From NCBI GenBank assembly GCA_000092065.1, contig CP000589.1: 64,000 nucleotides of DNA; one strand, written 5' to 3'. Shown in pieces: positions 1-9,332 of the stretch (the first letter of the stretch is position 1; every line of letters begins with the position of its first letter). Both the position numbers and the translations under genes were made by a program. The DNA comes from Ostreococcus lucimarinus (lineage: Eukaryota). A model generated the notes under the pieces. The model ran no database searches, was not told the DNA's origin, and saw nothing but the letters and a program-made list of their open reading frames with translations.

Positions 1-433
1 CAGCACGTACGCGTTTCGCTTCGTCCGCCGCGCCGTCACCCTCACCTCGCTCGTCTCCCGCGCGCTTCCCAGCGCGCACCACGCCGCGCACGCCGTCGCC
101 GCGACCGCCATCCCCGCGATCGCCCCTCCCGGCGGTCCCAGCGCCGCCGTCGTCGTCGCCGCGCCTCGCCGTCCCGTCGTCGTCGCGCCTCCTCGCGTCC
201 ACGTCGTCCCGCGCGCCATCGTCCCGCCCCGTCGTCCCCGCGCCGTCGTCGCGCGCCGACGCGGACGCGAGGACGTCACCGGCGTCGCCCGCGCCGCGCG
301 CGCGCGCATCCGTCGTCGCGCGCCGCGCTCTGGCGCGCGGCCGCGCGTGCGACGGTCGCACACTGTTTGCGCACACAGCGGTCGGTCGGACGACCCTCGA
401 CGGCCCCCGTCCGACCGACCGCGATCCGAGCGT

Positions 434-1597
434 ATGCGCGAACAGTGCGCGATGTCATTTCGACGACGGCGCGCGCGATTCGAACGTCCCGCGCGCCGCG
501 CCACACGGCGACGCGCGATGGGCGATCGCGACGCGAAGCGCCAGCGCGGCGCGCGGCGTCCGCGCGCGCAGTCCGACGACATGGACGACCTGCTCGGCGC
601 CGCGGGCGTGGACGCGCGCGACGACGGACGCGAGGACGACGACGACCGGGGACGCGCGATCGACGGCGACGACGACGACGACGACGACGGGACGCGCGAG
701 GCGAGCGATGGACGACGAGCGGAAGAAGACGCGAGCGGGAGCGATTCTCGCGCGAAGGGGGCGCGGGACGGCGGCGAAAGCGGCGAGACGCGACGGGAGG
801 ACGACGACGAGGGGGGACGCGATCCGGGGCGCGAAGACGACGACGACGACGACGAAGACGTGATGGACGCGGAGTGCGGGGAGGAGGAGGAGGGAAGCGA
901 TGGCGACGCGCGCGAGGAGGACCAGGGGAATAAGACGAACGCGAGGAAGCGAGGGCGGAAACCGAAGGCGGCGAACGAGGAGGGCGCGCGCGGAGACGCG
1001 GACGCGGAGGCGAGCCTGCCGAAACGGACCGAGGTGACCATCACGGGGAACGCGCGAACGAAGGCGGAGTTGATCGGGATGAAGGGCGTAGTGAAGAAAT
1101 CGTTGCCGTCGGGTGGGTGGCATCGGTTGGTGTTGGAAAATGGGCGCGAAGTGCGCGTGCGAAGAAGCGCGTTGACGGCGTCGGAGACGGGGCGCGGAGA
1201 CGAGGAGGGCGAACAGGGCGAAGACGACGACGACGAGGACGACGAGGATGAGGACGACGGCGACGATAAAGACAACATGGCGACTAGAGCTCGACGACCG
1301 ACGCGCGTTCCTGGAAACGGACCTCCGAGCCAGGCGGCGGCGGCGGCGATGAAGCGCCTGCAAGAACGTCGCCGAAGCGCGCGTCCGAACTGTCAATCGA
1401 ACTTCGAGCGTCTGACGCTTTCAACTTTACAAAAGTACAAGAAAGCGTACGAAATGGAAGCCAACCCGGAGACGGACGGCGATAAGAATGCGCTCGTGCA
1501 CGAGGTCGGCAAGCACTTCATGCAGCAAAAGCTCGACGAACAAAAAGTGTTGCAAGCGTTCATGTGCGCCGTGGCGGACACGACGCAGATTGGATAA
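434..1597 (+). CDS. SAP30-like Sin3/HDAC-complex subunit (acidic low-complexity N-half, SAP30-type Sin3-binding C-terminus)
   Basis: ORF 347..1597 starts with GTG; the first in-frame ATG is at 434 (others at 452 and 518). The C-terminal ~60 aa (ERLTLSTLQKYKKAYEMEANPE..LVHEVGKHFMQQKLDEQKVLQAFMCAV) fit the SAP30 Sin3-binding-domain pattern. The rest is D/E/R-rich. Confidence 0.55.
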   Translation: MREQCAMSFRRRRARFERPARRATRRRAMGDRDAKRQRGARRPRAQSDDMDDLLGAAGVDARDDGREDDDDRGRAIDGDDDDDDDGTREASDGRRAEEDASGSDSRAKGARDGGESGETRREDDDEGGRDPGREDDDDDDEDVMDAECGEEEEGSDGDAREEDQGNKTNARKRGRKPKAANEEGARGDADAEASLPKRTEVTITGNARTKAELIGMKGVVKKSLPSGGWHRLVLENGREVRVRRSALTASETGRGDEEGEQGEDDDDEDDEDEDDGDDKDNMATRARRPTRVPGNGPPSQAAAAAMKRLQERRRSARPNCQSNFERLTLSTLQKYKKAYEMEANPETDGDKNALVHEVGKHFMQQKLDEQKVLQAFMCAVADTTQIG

Positions 1598-1638
1598 TAA
1601 AATTTTAATCATCGAGTCTAGCGGTTTTTCACATTCTT

Positions 1639-2376
1639 CTAAATCCTAAGGTCGGAAGGCACCACGCCGCTCTTGAGAGCGTTCTCCAACCGACTCACTT
1701 CTTCGAGGGTCTCCGCGTTGGCAATCGCCACCTTGAGCGCCGTGAGTTGTTCCGGCGTCGGCCCGCTCGGTTTAGCGTCCTTCTTCGTCTCATCCTTTGT
1801 CTCCTCCAACCCATCGCCCGGGGTAAACGTCTTCGCCCGCTGCGCCGCGCCATCATCCGCCCCGAACGTCTTCTCCGCCTCCTCGCGTTCGCTCGCGCGC
1901 ACCTTTTGAAAATCCAGCGTCTTCAACGCCTTGCACTTGTAAATCACGTACAACCGATAGTTCTCCTTCGCGCACACCGGATTCCCACACAACGTCAGCA
2001 TCTTCAACTTCTTCAGCGAACCCAACCCATCGCAATCTCCCAAGTTCCGCAGCGCGTTATTCGTCAGCGTCAGCGTCGTCAGCGCCGGCGTCGCCCTCGC
2101 CAGTTCCTCCCCGTTCACCCTCGCGATTCGATTATTCCCGAACATCAGCGTCTTACACCGCGGCATCGACGGCAAATTCTCCAGCCTCACGACGTCGTTC
2201 CCCGTGAAATCGTACGCGTCGTACTGATCCCGCGCCGTCGCCAAGTTTTCCAGTCGCCCAATCCTCCGCCCCCGCAGGTCGATTTCGTGCTCGCCGAGCG
2301 GGTTATACCGTCGATCGGCGTCCGCGATGACGTCCGCGGTCAGCCGGTCGCTCGCGGCGTTCGCGTCGGCGTGCAT
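1639..2376 (-). CDS. U2 snRNP A' (leucine-rich-repeat splicing protein)
   Basis: Collinear with U2A': IDLRGRRIGRLENL, FTGNDVVRLENLP, LMFGNNRIARV, LTLTNNAL, LCGNPVC, YRLYVIYKCKALKTLDFQKV. The ORF-track start 2487 is GTG; the first ATG is at 2376 (cat at 2374-2376 on the + strand). Confidence 0.85.
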   Translation of the reverse strand: MHADANAASDRLTADVIADADRRYNPLGEHEIDLRGRRIGRLENLATARDQYDAYDFTGNDVVRLENLPSMPRCKTLMFGNNRIARVNGEELARATPALTTLTLTNNALRNLGDCDGLGSLKKLKMLTLCGNPVCAKENYRLYVIYKCKALKTLDFQKVRASEREEAEKTFGADDGAAQRAKTFTPGDGLEETKDETKKDAKPSGPTPEQLTALKVAIANAETLEEVSRLENALKSGVVPSDLRI

Positions 2377-2594
2377 CGCGCGCGCCTCCGCGCGTTCCTC
2401 GCGCGCCGCGCGCGGAGTGCCGACGCCGCGCGTCGATCGGGGCGACGCCGCGCCGTCGTCGCGACCGACCCCGTCGTGTCGAGTCACGACTCGCCGCGAT
2501 CGACAGACCCCCTCGCGTTCGAATCACGACCCGTCGAACGGCGATCGGGGACATTCGGCATTCGTCGCCCCGCGGCACGCGCGCGCGCGGCGCG

Positions 2595-4109
2595 ATGGCG
2601 ACGACGCGACGGTCGAGCGCGGCGAGGCGCGCCGCGGCGGCGCGCGTCGCGAACGACCGCGACGACGACCGCGACGACGACGACGACGAGGACGCGATGA
2701 CACGCGCGGAGGCGACGGAATCGACGGAAATGGAAGACGATTGCGACTTCGTGCGCGAACTCCCGGGCGCGTCGGGAGGGCTCGAGGAGGCGACGCTGGC
2801 GGCGATGCGGGGCGTGTCGCTGGGAGACGCGTGCGCGGCGGCGGGCGTGAGGACGCTGGCGCGAGAGACGCGAGATGGGGACGCGGTGATCGATCGAGAC
2901 GCGGCGGCGGCGACGACGGAGCGGGCGCTGGACGCGGCGATGCGGGAAAAGGCGCTGGTGCTGGAGAGATACGAGGGAAGGACGCACTCGGTGAAGGCGA
3001 AGGAGGGAAGCGTGCAGGGGGCGTTTCAAAGGGCGGTGTTCGCGAAAAAGTTGCACGAGAGGATCACGACGCGCGTGCGGGAGGAGGTGCGAAGACGAGC
3101 GGAGAGCGATTTGAGAACGGCGAGACGAGCGGCGCAGGAGAGACAGTTGAGTGGGAGGCGAGACGCGAAGGCGGCGATGGACGCGAAACGAGAGGCGCCG
3201 CATAAACCGTGGTTCTTGTTGGAGACGCCGAAGGATGAGCAAATGCGATTGCGAAAGGCGGCGATGGTGGACGCGGCGAACGCCGAGGCGGGCGCGGACG
3301 CGGGCGCGGACGCGTCGTCGTCGTCGTGGACGATGCCGGGGAACGTGACGATCGAGCCCGTGCCAGATACCACGGATGAATCGGTGCTAGGTGCGGTGAG
3401 GATGTGCATTTACATGGTCCAGTCGCATCCGAGACCGATTCAGAAGGTTTTGGACTACCTCTTTGGGTACTCGCCCGCGGTGGACGGCGAAGACTTGGAA
3501 GAAATCGACGCGTACTCCAAAGGGCTCCCAGTGTCGCGCGGTCGAATGCCGGCAGATTTGGCGTACTCGTACGCGGCGAATCTCGACAAAACTCTCGGCG
3601 AACGAGACAAAGTGGCGCTCAAGGCGCTCATCAAGGATGTCAAGGAGGAGTGGTCGTCGCACATCAAAGCCGGGTTCGACGCGGTGAAGGAGCTCGAATC
3701 CACCCCGCTCGACTCCGCAGAGGACATTCGCGTGCAGAATCGCGACAGTTGGCTCCGCGCTATGTTCCCAACCCTCGATTGGCCGACGAGAAACGAGAAA
3801 AATTATAAGTTCATGGAGCATTTGCGCGAGCAACAAGCCTTGGACGCTCGCACCGCAGTCTCGACGTCGCGACCAGTTCCCTTGGCTCTCAGTCGCGCCA
3901 ATCGCGCCAAGCAAGCGCAAGAACAAATTCAAACTTATGATCTGGGTGGCTCAAAGATTCACTACAGCAAAGATGGCGTCCCGATCATTGCTCCCGATGG
4001 TTTCTTCCCCAAGGCGAACACCGCGCCTTCGAAACGCGCCGAGACCGCACGCATCCGTCTCGCCGCCTCCGACGCCGAACGAAGGCTCGCCGAGCGGCGA
4101 CGACTATAG
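2595..4109 (+). CDS. hypothetical conserved-looking protein (504 aa), family not recognised
   Basis: ATG-initiated ORF. The C-terminal ~300 aa have ordinary, non-repetitive composition (VRMCIYMVQSHPRPIQKVLDYLFGYSP, WLRAMFPTLDWPTRNEKNYKFMEHLREQQ). Head-to-head with the U2A' gene across 218 bp. Confidence 0.6.
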   Translation: MATTRRSSAARRAAAARVANDRDDDRDDDDDEDAMTRAEATESTEMEDDCDFVRELPGASGGLEEATLAAMRGVSLGDACAAAGVRTLARETRDGDAVIDRDAAAATTERALDAAMREKALVLERYEGRTHSVKAKEGSVQGAFQRAVFAKKLHERITTRVREEVRRRAESDLRTARRAAQERQLSGRRDAKAAMDAKREAPHKPWFLLETPKDEQMRLRKAAMVDAANAEAGADAGADASSSSWTMPGNVTIEPVPDTTDESVLGAVRMCIYMVQSHPRPIQKVLDYLFGYSPAVDGEDLEEIDAYSKGLPVSRGRMPADLAYSYAANLDKTLGERDKVALKALIKDVKEEWSSHIKAGFDAVKELESTPLDSAEDIRVQNRDSWLRAMFPTLDWPTRNEKNYKFMEHLREQQALDARTAVSTSRPVPLALSRANRAKQAQEQIQTYDLGGSKIHYSKDGVPIIAPDGFFPKANTAPSKRAETARIRLAASDAERRLAERRRL

Positions 4110-4240
4110 AACACCAAAGTCGATAGCACTAGTCCATCATTGGCCCCTCCTAGCGTTTTAGAAACGAAATTATTCTCTCGACGCTCCTTCGTCGCGTCCC
4201 TCGCTTCGCCCTCACATTGCGCCTCGAGGCGCTCGCCGCC

Positions 4241-5413
4241 ATGATTTACTTCGAGCGCCAAACCTCGCGCCTGTGCGGAGTGCACGCCATAAACGCTCTC
4301 CTCCAAGGTCCCTTCTTTAGCGCCAGCGACCTCGCCGCGATAGCCCGCGCTTTGGACGACGAAGAGCGTTCGTTACTCGACCAATCTTCGCTCCGTCGCT
4401 CGAGCGGTTCGCACGCCGAGCGTTCCGAGAACGTTGGAGACGACGGTAACTTCAGCATACAAGTGTTGTGCAAAGCTTTGGACGTGTTCGGGCTCAGCGC
4501 GCGGTACGCGTCCGCGGATGAAGAGCGCGGGACGGACTCCGCGAAGGAGCTCGCGTTCGTCTGCAATTTATCCGAGCACTGGTTCGCGCTGCGGCGGCTG
4601 GGCGACGCCTGGTGGGACTTGAATTCCATGCACGCCGCGCCGAAAAAAATCGGAACGTTCTATTTGGACGCGTTTTTGAATCAGTTGACCGCGGAAGGGT
4701 ATTCGATCTTCGTGGTGCGGGATTTAGCCGCGGCGGCGTTGCCGGAGATGCTCGGGCAAAACGGCGAATACGGCGAGTGGTTGACGGAGGAGGAATGTCT
4801 GCGGTTGACGAGCGAAGCGGAGACAGCGCAAGCATCGGGACGTGCGCGACTTGCAGCTGAAAGTGCGATGAAGACGCTGAGCGATGGGCCGTCGCGGTTG
4901 GTGGTGGATGGTGGCGTCGCGAGCGACGTCGTCGACTTGACGGCGGATAGAGAGTTGCAAGCCGCTCTGGAGGCGAGCATGGAGGATTACGGCAAGCTTG
5001 ACGCATCGGGTACCGATACCGACGCCGATCTCAAAGCGGTTCTGGCGGCGAGCTTAGAAGAGATCGAAGGTGGCGATGCGTCCATCGAAGCCGCGATCGC
5101 CGCGAGCTTGCGAGACGAAGAGGCGAAGATGGACGTCGACGTCGCGCGATTCGCCGAAGAGCCCGACGCGGGCGACGGAATCGTGTCGCTCGCGTTTCGA
5201 CTTCCCGACGGTGACCGCATCGCTCGTCGCTTCGCGTGCGCGAGCTCGATCGCAGACGTTGAAAAGTGGCTCGAAGTCGCCAAGCGTTTGGACATGCGCA
5301 GCAACTGTCTCGCGCTCGCGTTTCCGCCGCGCGCGCTCGCGGACGCCTCGACGTCCATTCGAGACGCCGGCATCACCGATCGCGAAGTTCTCGCCGTTCG
5401 TCCACGACCGTGA
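4241..5413 (+). CDS. Josephin-domain deubiquitinase (ataxin-3-like) with three UIMs and a C-terminal UBX-like domain
   Basis: The ORF-track start 4217 is TTG; ATG at 4241. Josephin motifs: QTSRLCGVHAINALLQ (Cys) and EHWFALRRLGDAWWDLNS (His/Asn). UIMs: ELQAALEASMED, DLKAVLAASLEE, IEAAIAASLRDEE. UBX-like tail: VSLAFRLPDGDRIARRF..LALAFPPRAL..AGITDREVLAV. Confidence 0.8.
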   Translation: MIYFERQTSRLCGVHAINALLQGPFFSASDLAAIARALDDEERSLLDQSSLRRSSGSHAERSENVGDDGNFSIQVLCKALDVFGLSARYASADEERGTDSAKELAFVCNLSEHWFALRRLGDAWWDLNSMHAAPKKIGTFYLDAFLNQLTAEGYSIFVVRDLAAAALPEMLGQNGEYGEWLTEEECLRLTSEAETAQASGRARLAAESAMKTLSDGPSRLVVDGGVASDVVDLTADRELQAALEASMEDYGKLDASGTDTDADLKAVLAASLEEIEGGDASIEAAIAASLRDEEAKMDVDVARFAEEPDAGDGIVSLAFRLPDGDRIARRFACASSIADVEKWLEVAKRLDMRSNCLALAFPPRALADASTSIRDAGITDREVLAVRPRP

Positions 5414-5518
5414 ATTCAACAAATAGTCCCATTCTTTTCAAGTTTCCAAAAACGTTCTCGCGTCTTGTCTTCGCGTCGCTCGCGCGTAGTCCTCACAACG
5501 CGACTGGGGCGCATCGTC

Positions 5519-5939
5519 ATGGGCGCCACCGCCCTCACTGCCGTGTTCGGCGCCGTCTCTGGCGTCGGCTGCGCGGCGTTCGCGAACGGCTTGCGCAAGC
5601 TCCCACCGTTTTCACGTGCGTTGCTCCCCTCGCGCGTCGCGTCGCCGCGCCGAACGCGTCGCGACGCGATCGATCTAGGGTTGGATGTCGCGCACTCGCG
5701 ACGCGACGCCACCGCCTGACGCGCGAATCTCGCGCCGCGCGATCGGACACTGACGAAGTGTTGTTTGTTTACGTCACGCAGAACCCTGGAAGCACGCCGT
5801 GGCGGCGGGCGTCGGTGCGGCGGCGTTAATGTACAACGCGGATTTGGAAACGTCGCTCAAGGAGGACGTGGAGCGCTTGCGGGCGACGCGCGCCGAGCAG
5901 AACGCGGAGTACATGGCGGAGATACGGGCGAAGCGATAA
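5519..5939 (+). CDS. two-exon gene for an 84-aa Gly/Ala-zipper two-TM protein (possibly MICOS Mic10-like; unverified)
   Basis: Exons 5519..5615 and 5782..5939. The 166-nt intron runs from 5616 GTGCGT, through a CTGAC branch site, to ACGCAG 5781. The phase-1 junction restores the frame: MGATALTAVFGAVSGVGCAAFANGLRKLPPFS-Q-PWKHAVAAGVGAAALMYNADLETSLKEDVERLRATRAEQNAEYMAEIRAKR*. The ORF track shows only exon 1, read through into the intron (5465..5719). Confidence 0.5.
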
Positions 5940-6067
5940 TAGGGAGTTGTGATGATACAGAATGTACAATATATATTCATAAATACGAAGTCTCGATATT
6001 ACCGCGGATGGCGCGCCGTCGGCGCTGAGCGGCGCTTCTCGTAGTTGACTACACCGGTGTACACTTG

Positions 6068-7716
6068 CTAATAGCCAGCCAAGTCCATCAAATTAATTTC
6101 GCTTTGGCAGTGACGCATCTGCTTCGTGCGTCTTAAGCCACTGGGGAGAGGTAAGGTCTCTGGGATCGTGGGTGGATGCAGCGCCGGCGCGCCCGAGTCG
6201 CGAAGAATCTCGTATCGCATCGACTGAACATCCAACTTATCGTCATGCGACGCGTCAGAGTTCGACAAACGATCATCTGAGATGCGCCGTTTAGAGTTTT
6301 GTTGATGTAGCTGCTGATCGTCGAGCGTTGTGTGCTTCATCGGTGCGAAAGATAGGGGCTTTGCGTTGTCCTCATCCTCAACCAACGCCGACAAGTCTGG
6401 ACAGCTTTGAAATGACTTTAGCGCTGAAGTCTTCTCATCCGGATTAGCCTTAACGAAACGACCCTTCACGCGAACGCGCGCGTCTGCGAGCGTTTTACGG
6501 CATTCATAGCGCACCACTTTCTTCAACCCCATCAATCGACGCTCGCGCTTGGCGCGATATCTGTCGAGCTGCGCTTGGCGCTCCTTGCTCACCACGCGTC
6601 GAGGGATGCCGAAGAGATCGCTCGACATCGGCATCATTATGGGTGGAAAAGCCCCGGGTGGATAGGAACCTACCGTCTCTGCGGGCCCACGCTGCGCCGC
6701 GGGCAGTCCCAATCCAAGAGGCGACGGTCGCGGAGTGAAATTATCTCTCGCGCTCTTCGAGACGTACGCCTTGGCGGCGGCTTGATTCGGGCTCACCGCT
6801 TGAATCTGATCCGCCACCGCCTCCAGAGCGGCGGAAATAGACGCCGCATCGCCATCGAATAAAAGCGCCGACTCTGTTTCGGGCATCTCCAGCAAAGAAG
6901 CCAACGGATCGTCGTCCAAATCGAAAATCATCGTGTCGCTATTACTCGACATTCGCGGCGCCCTTGGACTCGTATCCTCTTCTCCGTTCTCACCTAAATT
7001 CAAAAACACGCCCACATCCCACGCACTGATCGTCGCGTCCATGCTCGACGTCGAATCGTGCGTCGTCGTCTTCGCATCGTCCCTCTTAAACAAACTGAAA
7101 CTCTTCTCCCTCAAACTCTCGCTCGTCCCGCGTCCTCGTCCGTCCTCGTCCTCGCGCCTCGCGCTCGCCGTCGCGCTCGCCGCCGCTTTCCAATCCCCGC
7201 ACTCCTTCGCCTCACTCAATCCCGCCTCGAGCGTTCGTTTATACCACTCATCCACCGTGATCCTCTCGTGTCTCGCCGCGACCTACGGCGTTCAACCGCG
7301 TCCCGATCGTCAGTCCGTCGCGTCGTCGTCTCGCGCGCCCAGTCGACATCGCTCGTTCGCGCGCGCGTTCGTTTCGCGAATATCCGCGCGCGCGCGCACC
7401 GCGTTCGCCCCGTGCACGCGCGCGTCGCACGTCGCGCACAGGAACGCCTCTGCGCCGAATCGAAGCGCGATCGCGGGCGTAAAAAATCAGTCCCAATCCT
7501 CGTCGCGCGCGTCTCTCGTCGCGCGCGTCGCGCGTCTCTCGTCTCTCGTCTCTCGTCGTCGTCGTCCATCCGCGTCAGCGCGCATCGTGTCGCCGCGCGC
7601 GCGTCCATCCGCGTCTTTTTCGCGCGTTCGCGACGCGTCTCTCGTCGCGCGCGCGCACCGTCGGCGAGACAAAATATATCGGCGTCGCGCGCGCGACACG
7701 CCGCGCACGCGGGCAT
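6068..7716 (-). CDS. CONSTANS-like transcription regulator (one B-box + CCT motif), three exons
   Basis: Exons 7716..7659, 7449..7400 and 7282..6068. Introns are 7658..7450 (GTGCGCG..GCGCAG) and 7399..7283 (GTGCGCG..CTGAC..CCGTAG). The joined B-box is CAACRARDADIFCLADEAFLCATCDARVHGANAVAARHER. The CCT motif is RYRAKRERRLMGLKKVVRYECRKTLADARVRVKGRFVK. Frame is kept: 58+50+1215 nt = 441 codons. Confidence 0.8.
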
Positions 7717-7911
7717 CGCGACGGCCGCGGCGTCGTGTCGCGCGCGCGATGGCGCGATGGCGCGCGTCACCGTCACACGGAGACACGCGGATCAACGACT
7801 TTGTCGAGACTCGGATAAACACACGGATCTGTGGACATCGATCGTCGACGCCGCGCCGCGCCGCGCGACTCGACGACGCGACGCGACGCGACGCGATTCG
7901 GGACGCGTCGA

Positions 7912-9198
7912 ATGTCGTCGCGCGTCGTCGCGCGTCCGACGGTCGCGCGCGACGCGCGGCGCGCGCGCGCGGGCGCGATGGATGGGCGACGAAGGCTGCC
8001 GACGACGACGCGGGGACGACGCGAGCGGACGCGCGCGGGCGCGGGCGCGCCCGGAATCGACGAGATGCTCGACGGACGCGAGCGGAAGTATTACATGGTC
8101 GGAGGCAAGGGCGGGGTCGGGAAGACGTCGCTGTCGAGCTCGCTCGCGGTGAAGTTCGCGAGCGCCGGGCACGAGACGCTGGTGGTGAGCACGGACCCGG
8201 CGCACTCGCTGAGCGATTCGTTGGCGCAGAACGTCAGGGGAGGGCAGCCGGTGGAGGTGAACGATACGGATGGGATGCTGTACGCGCTGGAGATCGATCC
8301 GGAGAGCGCGAAGGCGGAGTTTACGCAATTCGCGCGGGCGACGGACATGAGCGGGGGGGCGAGAGATTTTATGAGCTCGGTCGGTTTGGGCGGGTTCGCG
8401 GACTCGATCGCGGATTTGAAGCTCGGGGAGCTCTTAGACACGCCGCCGCCGGGGTTGGACGAGGCGATCGCGATCGCCAAGGTGTTGCAGTTTACGAAGG
8501 ATGAGAAATTTAGCAAGTTTACGCGCATCGTCTTCGACACGGCGCCGACGGGGCACACGCTGCGGTTGCTGTCGCTTCCGGATTTCCTCGACGCGTCGAT
8601 CGGGAAGATCGTGCGATTACGTCAAAAGCTCACGAGCGCGACGGATGCGGTGAAGGGGATCTTCGGCGTGGGTGAGGACAAGCAGGACGACGCGGTGGAG
8701 AAGCTCGAAAAGCTCAAGGCGCAAGTCAAGGAAGTGCGCACGCTGTTTCGAAACAAAGACACCACCGAATTCATCATCGTCACCATCCCCACGGTGCTAG
8801 GCGTGAGCGAATCGGGCCGCTTGTTACAAAGCCTTCGCGACGAGGACGTGCCGTGCAAGCGGTTAATCGTCAACCAAGTGCTCAAGGTGAACGTCGACGA
8901 CTTTAAAGCCACCGCCGCCGAGGCGCGAGACGCCCAAGACGCCCTCGTCGCGCGATTATCCGGCGACGACGCGGAGGCGTTACAAAAGTACGTCGATTTG
9001 AACGCCAAAGCCTTGAAAGCGGCGCAGGCCGCGGTGACGTTTTGCAGCGTCAAGGAAAAAGACCAGACGCGCGCGTTGCAAATGTGCGAAGAAGACGCGG
9101 GATTAAACTCTCTCAATCGCACCGACGCGCCGCTGTTTGACATGGAAATTCGCGGCGTTCCGGCGTTGAAATTCTTCGGCGACCAAGTGTGGCGATAG
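7912..9198 (+). CDS. GET3: ArsA/GET3-family ATPase with organellar transit-peptide-like N-terminus
   Basis: The ORF-track start 7831 is GTG; ATG at 7912. Motifs: P-loop MVGGKGGVGKTSLSSSLA, STDPAHSLSD, FDTAPTGHTLRLL. The N-terminal ~60 aa are R/S/T/A-rich. Confidence 0.85.
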   Translation: MSSRVVARPTVARDARRARAGAMDGRRRLPTTTRGRRERTRAGAGAPGIDEMLDGRERKYYMVGGKGGVGKTSLSSSLAVKFASAGHETLVVSTDPAHSLSDSLAQNVRGGQPVEVNDTDGMLYALEIDPESAKAEFTQFARATDMSGGARDFMSSVGLGGFADSIADLKLGELLDTPPPGLDEAIAIAKVLQFTKDEKFSKFTRIVFDTAPTGHTLRLLSLPDFLDASIGKIVRLRQKLTSATDAVKGIFGVGEDKQDDAVEKLEKLKAQVKEVRTLFRNKDTTEFIIVTIPTVLGVSESGRLLQSLRDEDVPCKRLIVNQVLKVNVDDFKATAAEARDAQDALVARLSGDDAEALQKYVDLNAKALKAAQAAVTFCSVKEKDQTRALQMCEEDAGLNSLNRTDAPLFDMEIRGVPALKFFGDQVWR

Positions 9199-9332
9199 TT
9201 AGTCTCGTCGCGCGTCGAGATCGCGCGCGCTGTCATTATTACGCTTTCAATTTGTTTCGTCTCGCCGCCTCGCCGTCGCGCCTCGACCGCACTTTCGCGC
9301 GCCCCGTCTCGACTCCCACCGCGCGCGTCGCC

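Noticed and set aside
1-219. Open minus-strand frame from ATG 219 to the window edge (MARGTTWTRGGATTTGRRG..AIAGMAVAATACAAWCAL..), a possible 5' end of a leftward gene.
   Set aside because: Only 73 codons are visible and they are G/A/T/R-rich. In this GC content such open frames occur by chance, so it cannot be supported from the window alone.
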